DNA of 64,000 nt from Candidatus Binatia bacterium (GTDB lineage: Bacteria; Desulfobacterota; Binatia; UBA9968; JAJDTQ01). Made by a program: the position numbers and the translations under genes. Location: NCBI GenBank assembly GCA_963666515.2, contig OY762897.2:2784001-2848000 (forward strand). The letters are read 5' to 3'. The notes below the pieces were generated by a model. The model was given only the letters and a program-made list of their open reading frames with translations, was not told the origin of the DNA and searched no databases. This document shows, piece by piece, positions 47,401 through 59,400 of the stretch. How positions within the stretch are numbered: the stretch's first letter is position 1; each line of letters begins with the position of its first letter.

Positions 47401-50400
47401 GTTCGGTGGAGGCGACCACCGCGACCCTGACCATCGGCAACTATACGGGGAACTGGTACTACCAGTACACGTCCCCGAGCGGCGGCACCTGCTCCACCAG
47501 CGCGGTGACCACCCCGGCGGTAGACCTGGATGACCTGTCGTCCAACACCAGCTACACCTACAAGGCCTACGGCAACGATACCTGCGCGACCGAACTGGCG
47601 AGCGAGACGTTCCTGACCAAGCCGGGCAAGCCCACCAAGCCCACGGCCACGGCCGGCGCCGGCAGCGGCAAGCTGACCCTCACCGCGTCGGTGACGGGCA
47701 GCGGCACGCTGACGAAGTGGCAGTACAAGCAGAAGGAAGGCACCGGCAACTTCGACGACGACTGGACGGATATCGACAGCACCTCGACGAACCTGAGTTA
47801 CACCCTGACCGGGCTTACCGACGACACCGACTACCAGTACAAGGTGCGCGCGAGGAACGCCACCGGCGCCGGCGCCGAGTCGGACGCCTCCACCGCGGCG
47901 CAACCGACCGACGAGACCCTGACCGCGAGCAACGTGGAGGCGACCACCGCCACCCTGACCCTCGGCAACTACGCCGGCAACTGGTGGCTGAAGCGCACGA
48001 CGCCGGCGGACACCAACTGCAAGTCCAAGGGCACGACCGCAACCGAGGACCTGTCGGACCTGTCGTCCAACACCAGCTACACCTACAAGGCCTACAGCGA
48101 CAGTTCGTGCGCGAACGAACTGGTGCCGGCGACGCTGTTGACCAAGCCGGGCAAGCCCACCAAGCCCACGGCCACGGCCGGCAGCGGCAGCGGCAGGCTG
48201 ACCCTCGCCGCGTCGGTGACCGGCAGCGGCACGCTCATCAAGTGGCAGTACAAGCAGAAGAAAGGCGCCGGCAACTTCGACGCCGACTGGACCGACATCG
48301 ACAGCACCTCGACGAACCTGAGTTACACCCTGACCGGGCTGACCGACGGCGCCGACTACCAGTACAAGGTGCGCGCGGAGAACGCCACCGGGGCCGGCGC
48401 CGAGTCGGATGCCTCCACCGCGGCCCAGCCCCTGGACGAGACCCTGACCGCGTCGTCCATCACGACGAGCGGGGCGACCCTGACCATCGGCAACCATCCG
48501 GGGAGTTGGTACTACAAGCAGACCGCGCCGACGACCGGGGACTGCTCCACGGAAATCACCGGGACCTCCACCACGGTGTCGGACCTGACCGCGAACACCT
48601 CGTACACCTTCAAGGCGTATAGCGACACCGGTTGCGAGACGGAACTGGCCGCGGCGTCGGCGTTCCCGACCCTGCCGCCCAAGCCGTCCAAACCCACCGC
48701 GACGGCCGGGGTGGGCAGCGGCAAGCTGACCCTGACCGCCTCGGTGACCGGCACCGCGACGCTGACCAGGTGGCAGTACAAGCAGAAGAAAGACAATGGC
48801 AACTACGGGTCCTGGCAGGATATCTCCGGCACCTCGACGAGCCTGAGCCACGTGCTCAGCGGCCTGACCAACAGCAGCGCCTACCAGTACAAGGTGCGCG
48901 CGGAGAACGCCTCGGGCGCCGGCGCCGAGTCGGACGCCTCGGTGGCGGCGAAGCCGGGCACGGTGCCGAAGATGGGGACGCCGACGCTGACCGGCGGCAA
49001 CAAGCGGATTTCGGTGAGCTGGACCCACCCGACCGGGGTGACCGGGCTGCAGGCCTACCGCATCCGCTATCGCAAGAAGGGGACCAGCACGTGGACCTAC
49101 GCCGACGCCAGGTCCGACAACGGCCACCAGAATTACTACGCGAACCAGACCAGCGCCACGCTTCCCGCCCATGAAGACTTCACGATGCAGGACGGCACGA
49201 CCTACCAGGTCGAAATACGGGCCGGCAAGTGGAACGACGGCTATTCGGGCTGGGGCGCGTGGTCCGACACGGCCGAGGCGCTGACGACGAAGCTGACCGC
49301 GAGCGACGTGGAGGCGACCACCGCGACCCTGACCCTCACCGGCCATTCGGGGAACTGGTACTACAAGTACACGTCCCCGAGCGGCGGCACCTGCTCCACC
49401 AGCGCGGTGACCACCCCGGCGAAGGACCTGGCGGATCTGTCGTCCAACACCAGCTACACCTACAAGGCCTACAGTGACTCCGGCTGTAGCAGCAACAAGG
49501 AACTGGCGACCGCGCCGGCGTTCCTGACCAAGCCGGGCAAGCCCACCAAGCCCACGGCCACGGCCGGAGCGGGCAGCGGCAAGCTGACCCTGGCGGCCTC
49601 AGTGACCGGCAGCGGCACGCTCGCCAAGTGGCAGTACAAGCAGAAGAAAGGCAGCGGCAACTACGACGACGACTGGACCGACATCGACAGCACCTCGACG
49701 AACCTGAGTTACACCCTGACCGGCCTGACCGACGGCACCAACTACCAGTACAAGGTGCGCGCCAGGAACGCCACCGGCGCCGGCGCGACGTCGGACGCCT
49801 CCACCGCGGCACAGCCGACCGACGAGACCCTGACCGCCAGCTCGGTGGAGGCGGCCACCGCCACCCTGACCCTCGGCAACTACACGGGCAACTGGTGGCT
49901 GAAGCGCACCACGCCGGCGGACACCACCTGCAAGTCCAAGGGCACGACCGCGACCGAGGACCTGACGACCCTGTCGTCCAACACCAGCTACACCTACAAG
50001 GCCTACAGCGACGATACCTGCGCGACCGAACTGAAAAGCGCGACTTTCCTGACCAAGCCGGGCAAGCCCACCAAGCCCACGGCCACGGCCGGGGCCGGCA
50101 GCGGCAAGCTGACCCTGGCCGCCTCGGTGACCGGCAGCGGCACGCTCGCCAAGTGGCAGTACAAGCAGAAGAAAGGCGGCGGCAACTACGACGACGACTG
50201 GACCGACATCAACAGCACTTCGACGAGCCTGAGTTACACCCTGACCGGCCTGACCGACGGCACCAACTACCAGTACAAGGTGCGCGCCAGGAACGCCACC
50301 GGCGCCGGCGCCGAGTCGGACACCTCCACCGCGGCCCAGCCCCTGGACGAGACCCTGACCGCCAGCTCGGTGGAGGCGGCCACCGCGACCCTGACCCTCG

Positions 50401-53400
50401 GCAACTACACGGGCAACTGGTGGCTGAAGCGCACCACGCCGGCGGACACCACCTGCAAGTCCAAGGGCACGACCGCGACCGAGGACCTGACGACCCTGTC
50501 GTCCAACACCAGCTACACCTACAAGGCCTACAGCAACGATACCTGCGCGACCGAACTGAAAAGCGCGACGTTCCTGACCAAGCCGGGCAAGCCCACCAAG
50601 CCCACGGCGACGGCCGGCGCGGGCAGCGGCAAGCTGACCCTGGCCGCCTCGGTGACCGGCAGCGGCACGCTCGCCAAGTGGCAGTACAAGCAGAAGAAAG
50701 GCAGCGGCAACTACGATGACGACTGGACCGACATCAACAGCACTTCGACGAGCCTGAGCCACGTGGTCACCGGCCTGACCGACGGCACCAACTACCAGTA
50801 CAAGGTGCGCGCGAGGAACGCCACCGGCGCCGGCGCAACGTCGGACGCCTCCACCGCGGCCCAGCCCCTGGACGAGACCCTGACCGCCAGCTCGGTGGAG
50901 GCGGCCACCGCCACCCTGACCCTCGGCAACTACACGGGCAACTGGTGGCTGAAGCGCACGACGCCGGCGGACACCACCTGCAAGTCCAAGGGCACGACCG
51001 CGACCGAGGACCTGACGACCCTGTCCTCCAACACCAGCTACACCTTCAAGGCCTACAGCGACGATACCTGCGCGACCGAACTGAAAAGCGCGACGTTCCT
51101 GACCAAGCCGGGCAAGCCCACCAAGCCCACGGCCACGGCCGGCGCGGGCAGCGGCAAGCTGACCCTCGCCGCCTCGGTGACCGGCAGCGGCACGCTCGCC
51201 AAGTGGCAGTACAAGCAGAAGAAAGGCGGCGGCAACTACGATGACGACTGGACCGACATCAACAGCACCTCGACGAACCTGAGTTACACCCTGACCGGCC
51301 TGACCGACGGCACCAACTACCAGTACAAGGTGCGCGCGAGGAACGCCACCGGCGCCGGCGCAACGTCGGACGCCTCCACCGCGGCCCAGCCCCTGGACGA
51401 GACCCTGACCGCCAGCTCGGTGGAGGCGGCCACCGCCACCCTGACCCTCGGCAACTACACGGGCAACTGGTGGCTGAAGCGCACGACGCCGGCGGACACC
51501 ACCTGCAAGTCCAAGGGCACGACCGCGACCGAGGACCTGACGACCCTGTCGTCCAACACCAGCTACACCTTCAAGGCCTACAGCGACGATACCTGCGCGA
51601 CCGAACTGAAAAGCGCGACGTTCCTGACCAAGCCGGGCAAGCCCACCAAGCCCACGGCCACGGCCGGCGCGGGCAGCGGCAAGCTGACCCTCGCCGCCTC
51701 GGTGACCGGCAGCGGCACGCTCGCCAAGTGGCAGTACAAGCAGAAGAAAGGCGGCGGCAACTACGATGACGACTGGACCGACATCAACAGCACCTCGACG
51801 AACCTGAGTTACACCCTGACCGGCCTGACCGACGGCACCAACTACCAGTACAAGGTGCGCGCCAGGAACGCCACCGGCGCCGGCGCCGAGTCGGACGCCT
51901 CCACCGCGGCCCAGCCCCTGGACGAGACCCTGACCGCCAGCTCGGTGGAGGCGGCCACCGCCACCCTGACCCTCGGCAACTACACGGGCAACTGGTGGCT
52001 GAAGCGCACGACGCCGGCGGACACCACCTGCAAGTCCAAGGGCACGACCGCGACCGAGGACCTGACGACCCTGTCCTCCAACACCAGCTACACCTTCAAG
52101 GCCTACAGCGACAGTAACTGCGCGACCGAGCTGCTGGCGAGCGAGACGTTCCTGACCAAGCCGGGCAAGCCCACCAAGCCCACGGCGACCAGCGGCGCGG
52201 GCAGCGGCAAGCTGACCCTCGCCGCCTCGGTGACCGGCAGCGGCACGCTGAAGAAGTGGCAGTACAAGCAGAAGGAAGGCGGCGGCAACTTCGACGACGA
52301 CTGGACCGACATCGACAGCACCTCGACGAGCCTGAGTTACACCCTCACCGGCCTGACCGACGGCACTGACTACCAGTACAAGGTGCGCGCGGAGAACGCC
52401 ACGGGCGCCGGCGCGACGTCGGACGCCTCAGTGGCGGCGCAGCCGGCGAACGAGACCCTGACCGCCAGCTCGGTGGCGGCGACCACCGCGACCTTGACCA
52501 TCGGCAACTACACGGGGAACTGGTGGCTGAAGCGCACGACGCCGGCGGACACCAACTGCAAGTCCAAGGGCACGACCGCCACCGAGGACCTGACGACCCT
52601 GTCGTCCAACACCAGCTACACCTACAAGGCCTACAGCAACAGTACCTGCGCGACCGAACTGGCGAGCGAGACCTTCCTGACCAAGCCGGGCAAGCCCACC
52701 AAGCCCACGGCGACCAGCGGCGCCGGCAGCGGCAAGCTGACCCTCGCCGCCTCGGTGACCGGCAGCGGCACGCTCGCGAAGTGGCAGTACAAGCAGAAGA
52801 AAGGCGGCGGCAACTTCGACGACGACTGGACCGACATCAACAGCACCTCGACCTCGCTGAGCCACACGATCACCGGACTGACCGACGGCGCCGACTACCA
52901 GTACAAGGTGCGCGCGGAGAACACCACCGGCGCCGGCGCCGAGTCGGACGCCTCCACCGCGGCCCAGCCCCTGGACGAGACCCTGACCGCGAGTTCGGTG
53001 GCGGCGACCACCGCGACCCTGACCATCGGTAACTACGGCGGCGAGTGGTACTACAAGCACACGTCCCCGAGCAGCGGGTCCTGCTCCAGCAGCGCGGTGA
53101 CCACCTCGGCGGTGGACCTGGAGGACTTGTCGTCCAACACCAGCTACACCTACAAGGCCTACAGCAACAATACCTGCACGACCGAACTGGCGGCGGCGCC
53201 GGCGTTCCTGACCAAGCCGGGCAAGCCCACCAAGCCCACGGCCACGGCCGGCGCCGGCAGCGGCAAGCTGACCCTGGCCGCCTCGGTGACCGGCAGCGGC
53301 ACGCTCGCCAAGTGGCAGTACAAGCAGAAGAAAGGCAGCGGCAACTTCGACGACGACTGGACCGACATCTCGTCCACCTCGACCTCGTTGAGCCACACGA

Positions 53401-56400
53401 TCACCGGCCTGACCGACGGCGCCGACTACCAGTACAAGGTGCGCGCGAGGAACGCCACCGGCGCCGGCGCGGACTCGGACGCCTCCACCGCGGCGCAGCC
53501 ACTGGACGAGACCCTGACCGCCAGTTCGGTGGAGGCGGCCACCGCGACCCTGACCCTCGGCAACTACACGGGGAACTGGTGGCTGAAGCGCACGACGCCG
53601 GCGGACACCACCTGCAAGTCCAAGGGCACGACCGCCACCGAGGACCTGACGACCCTGTCGTCCAACACCAGCTACACCTACAAGGCCTACAGCGACGATA
53701 CCTGCGCGACCGAACTGGCGGCCGAGACCTTCCTGACCAAGCCGGGCAAGCCCACCAAGCCCACGGCCACGGCCGGCGCCGGCAGCGGCAAGCTGACCCT
53801 GGCGGCCTCGGTGACCGGCAGCGGCACGCTCGCGAAGTGGCAGTACAAGCAGAAGAAAGGCGGCGGCAACTTCGACGACGACTGGACCGACATCAACAGC
53901 ACTTCGACGAGCCTGAGTTACACCCTCACCGGGCTGACCGGCGGCGCCAACTACCAGTACAAAGTGCGCGCGGAGAACGCCACCGGCGCCGGCGCCGAGT
54001 CGGACGCCTCCGTGGCGGCGCAGCCGGCGAACGAAACCTTGACGGCGAGTTCGGTGGAGGCGGCCACCGCGACCCTGACCCTCGGCAACTACACGGGCAA
54101 CTGGTGGCTGAAGCGCACGACGCCGGCGGACACCAACTGCAAGTCCAAGGGCACGACCGCCACCGAGTCCCTGACGACCCTGTCATCCAACACCAGCTAC
54201 ACCTACAAGGCCTACAGCGACAATACCTGCGCGACCGAACTGGCGAGCGAGACCTTCCTGACCAAGCCGGGCAAGCCCACCAAGCCCACGGCGACCAGCG
54301 GCGCCGGCAGCGGCAAGCTGACCCTCGCCGCCTCGGTGACCGGCAACGGCACGCTCGCGAAGTGGCAGTACAAGCAGAAGAAAGGCGGCGGCAACTTCGA
54401 CGACGACTGGACCGACATCGACAGCACCTCGACGAACCTGAGCCACACCCTCACCGGGCTGACCGGCGGCACCAACTACCAGTACAAAGTGCGCGCGGAG
54501 AACGCCACCGGCGCCGGCGCCGAGTCGGACGCCTCCGTGGCGGCGCAGCCGGCGAACGAGACCCTGACGGCGAGCTCGGTGGAGGCGGCCACCGCGACCC
54601 TGACCCTCGGCAACTACACGGGCAACTGGTGGCTGAAGCGCACGACGCCGGCGGACACCAACTGCAAGTCCAAGGGCACGACCGCCACCGAGTCCCTGTC
54701 GGACCTGTCGTCCAACACCAGCTACACCTACAAGGCCTACAGCAACAATACCTGCGCGACCGAACTGGCGGCCGAGACCTTCCTGACCAAGCCGGGCAAG
54801 CCCACCAAGCCCACGGCGACCAGCGGCGCCGGCAGCGGCAAGCTGACCCTCGCCGCCTCGGTGACCGGCAGCGGCACGCTCGCGAAGTGGCAGTACAAGC
54901 AGAAGAAAGGCGGCGGCAACTTCGACGACGACTGGACCGACATCGACAGCACCTCGACGAACCTGAGCCACACCCTGACCGGGCTGACCGACGGCACCAA
55001 CTACCAGTACAAAGTGCGCGCGGAGAACGCCACCGGCGCCGGCGCCGAGTCGGACGCCTCCGTGGCGGCGCAGCCGGCGAACGAGACCCTGACCGCCAGC
55101 TCGGTGACGGCGACCACCGCGACCCTGACCCTCGGCAACTACACGGGCAACTGGTGGCTGAAGCGCACGACGCCGGCGGACACCAACTGCAAGTCCAAGG
55201 GCACGACCGCCACCGAGTCCCTGACGACCCTGTCGTCCAACACCAGCTACACCTACAAGGCCTACGGCAACAGTACCTGCGCGACCGAACTGGCGGCCGA
55301 GACCTTCCTGACCAAGCCGGGCAAGCCCACCAAGCCCACGGCCACGGCCGGGGCCGGCAGCGGCAAGCTGACCCTCGCCGCCTCGGTGACCGGCAGCAGC
55401 ACGCTGAAGAAGTGGCAGTACAAGCAGAAGAAAGGCGGCGGCAACTTCGACGACGACTGGACCGACATCAACAGCACCTCGACCTCGCTGAGCCACACGA
55501 TCACCGGACTGACCGACGGCGCCGACTACCAGTACAAGGTGCGCACGGAGAACGCCACCGGCGCCGGCGCCGAGTCGGACGCCTCCACCGCGGCCCAGCC
55601 AGGGGCCGTGACGCTGACGGCAAGTTCGGTGGAGGCGGCCATCGCGACCCTGACCATCGGCAAACACAGCGGCAACTGGTGGCTGAAGCGCACCACGCCG
55701 GCAGACACCAACTGCAAGTCCAAAGGCACGACCGCGACCGAGGACCTGACGACCCTGTCGTCCAACACCAACTACACCTACAAGGCCTACAGCAACAGTA
55801 CCTGCGCGACCGAACTGGCGGCCGAGACCTTCCTGACCAAGCCGGGCAAGCCCGCCAAGCCCACGGCGACCAGCGGCGCCGGCAGCGGCAAGCTGACCCT
55901 CGCCGCCTCGGTGACCGGCAGCGGCACGCTCGCGAAGTGGCAGTACAAGCAGAAGAAAGACGGCGGCAACTTCGACGACGACTGGACCGACATCAACAGC
56001 ACCTCGACCTCGTTGAGCCACACGATCACCGGCCTGACCGACGGCGCCGACTACCAGTACAAGGTGCGTGCGGAGAACGCCACCGGCAACGGCGCCGAGT
56101 CGGACGCCTCGGTGGCGGCGCAGCCGGCGAACGAGACCCTGACGGCGAGCTCGGTGGAGGCGGCCACCGCGACCCTGACCCTCGGCAACTACACGGGCAA
56201 CTGGTGGCTGAAGCGCACGACGCCGGCGGACACCAACTGCAAGTCCAAGGGCACGACCGCCACCGAGGACCTGTCGGACCTGTCGTCCAACACCAGCTAC
56301 ACCTACAAGGCCTACAGCAACAATACCTGCGCGACCGAACTGGCGGCCGAGACCTTCCTGACCAAGCCGGGCAAGCCCACCAAGCCCACGGCGACCAGCG

Positions 56401-59400
56401 GCGCCGGCAGCGGCAAGCTGACCCTCGCCGCCTCGGTGACCGGCAGCGGCACGCTCGCGAAGTGGCAGTACAAGCAGAAGAAAGGCGGCGGCAACTTCGA
56501 CGACGACTGGACCGACATCAACAGCACTTCGACGAACCTGAGTTACACCCTCACCGGGCTGACCGGCGGCACCAACTACCAGTACAAAGTGCGCGCGGAG
56601 AACGCCACCGGCGCCGGCGCCGAGTCGGACGCCTCAGTGGCGGCGCAGCCGGCAAACGAGACCCTGACGGCGAGCTCGGTGGAGGCGGCCACCGCGACCC
56701 TGACCCTCGGCAACTACACGGGCAACTGGTGGCTGAAGCGCACGACGCCGGCGGACACCAACTGCAAGTCCAAGGGCACGACCGCCACCGAGTCCCTGTC
56801 GGACCTGTCGTCCAACACCAGCTACACCTACAAGGCCTACAGCAACAATACCTGCGCGACCGAACTGGCGGCCGAGACCTTCCTGACCAAGCCGGGCAAG
56901 CCCACCAAGCCCACGGCGACCAGCGGCGCCGGCAGCGGCAAGCTGACCCTCGCCGCCTCGGTGACCGGCAGCGGCACGCTCGCGAAGTGGCAGTACAAGC
57001 AGAAGAAAGGCGGCGGCAACTTCGACGACGACTGGACCGACATCAACAGCACTTCGACGAACCTGAGTTACACCCTCACCGGGCTGACCGGCGGCGCCAA
57101 CTACCAGTACAAAGTGCGCGCGGAGAACGCCACCGGCGCCGGCGCCGAGTCGGACGCCTCGGTGGCGGCGCAGCCGGCAAACGAGACCCTGACGGCGAGC
57201 TCGGTGGAGGCGGCCACCGCGACCCTGACCCTCGGCAACTACACGGGCAACTGGTGGCTGAAGCGCACGACGCCGGCGGACACCAACTGCAAGTCCAAGG
57301 GCACGACCGCCACCGAGTCCCTGTCGGACCTGTCGTCCAACACCAGCTACACCTACAAGGCCTACAGCAACAATACCTGCGCGACCGAACTGGCGGCCGA
57401 GACCTTCCTGACCAAGCCGGGCAAGCCCACCAAGCCCACGGCGACCAGCGGCGCCGGCAGCGGCAAGCTGACCCTCGCCGCCTCGGTGACCGGCAGCGGC
57501 ACGCTCGCGAAGTGGCAGTACAAGCAGAAGAAAGGCGGCGGCAACTTCGACGACGACTGGACCGACATCTCGTCCACCTCGACCTCGTTGAGCCATACGA
57601 TCACCGGCCTGACCGACGGCGCCGACTACCAGTACAAGGTGCGCGCGGAGAACGCCACCGGCGCCGGCGCCGAGTCGGACGCCTCGGATGCAGAGCAGCC
57701 GTCCTCCGTCCTCAGGGGCTTCACGTTCTCGTCCACGGCCGTGACGGTGCCGGAGAAGTCGACGGCCACCTACACGGTGAAGCTGGCGACCAAGCCGACC
57801 GCGGACGTGACCGTCACCGTCGCGCGCAAGACCGGCAGCGGGCACGACACCGACCTGACGGTGGACACCGACATCGACACCCCCGGCAACCAGAGCACGC
57901 TGACCTTCACCACCACCAACTGGAACACGGCCCAGACCGTCACCCTGGCTGCGGCCGAGGACGCCGACATCGTGCACGGCACTGCGACCATCGGGCACAC
58001 CGCCACCGGCGGCGGCTATGCCAACGTGACCGGTGAGGTCGTGGCCACCGAGTTGGATGCTTCTGGGAACAGAGAGGAGACGCAGCAGCCGGTGACGCGG
58101 GAGCCGGAAGCGCCGTCGATGCCGACAGTGACGGCGAAGCACGAGAGCCTGGCGGTGTCCTGGACCGCGCCCCCAACGAACGGCTTCGCGATCACGGGCT
58201 ACGCCGTGCAGTACCGTGCATGCACGGCGACCGACAGGACCTGCGCGTCGAACCCGACCTGGGGCGACTGGACTTCGCTTACCCATACCGGGACCGCTAC
58301 GACGGCAACCATCGGCTCGCTGACCAACGGCACGGCCTACCAGGTGCATGTGAGGGCGAAGAGCGCAGCCGGTGACTCCGGCTGGTCCGCACCCGGGCAG
58401 GCGGTGCCGGAAGTGCAGGAGCCGGAGGCGCCGTCGATGCCGACGGTGACGGCGAAGCACGAGAGCTTGGCGGTGTCGTGGACCGCGCCCCCGACCAACG
58501 GCTCGGCGATCACCGGCTACGCCGTGCAGTACCGGGCATACACGGCGACCGGCAGAATCCGCGCGTCGAACTCGACCTGGGGCGACTGGACTTCGCTTAC
58601 CCATACCGGGACCGCTACGACGGCAACCATCGACTCGCTGACCAACGGCACGGCCTACCAGGTGCGGGTGAGGGCGGAGAGCGCGGCCGGCGACTCCCGC
58701 TGGTCCGCCTCCGGACAAGCGGTGCCGGAAGTGCAGGAGCCGGAGGCGCCGTCGATGCCGACGGTGACGGCGAAGCACGAGAGCCTGGCGGTGTCGTGGA
58801 CGGCGCCCCCGACCAACGGCTCGGCGATCACCGGCTACGCCGTGCAGTACCGGGCATACACGGCGACCGGCAGAATCCGCGCGTCGAACCCGACCTGGGG
58901 CGACTGGACGTCACTCACCCATACCGGGACCGCTACGACGGCAACCATCGGCTCGCTGACCAACGGCACGGCCTACCAGGTGCGGGTAAGGGCAGAGAGC
59001 GCGGCCGGCAACTCCCGCTGGTCCGCACCCGTACATGCGGTGCCGGAGGCGCAGGAGCCGGAGGCGCCGTCGATGCCGACGGTGACGGCGAAGCACGAGA
59101 GCCTGGCGGTGTCGTGGACGGCGCCCCCGACCAACGGCTCGGCGATCACCGGCTACGCCGTGCAGTACCGGGCATGCACGGCGACCGGCAGGATCTGCGC
59201 GTCGAACCCGACCTGGGGCGACTGGACGTCACTCACCCATACCGGGACCGCTACGACGGCAACCATCGGCTCGCTGACCAACGGCACGGCCTACCAGGTG
59301 CGGGTAAGGGCGGAGAGCGCGGCTGGCGACTCCGGCTGGTCCGCACCCAGACAGGCGGTACCGGAGGCGGTGAAGCTGACCGTAAGCGCGGTGGAGGCCA

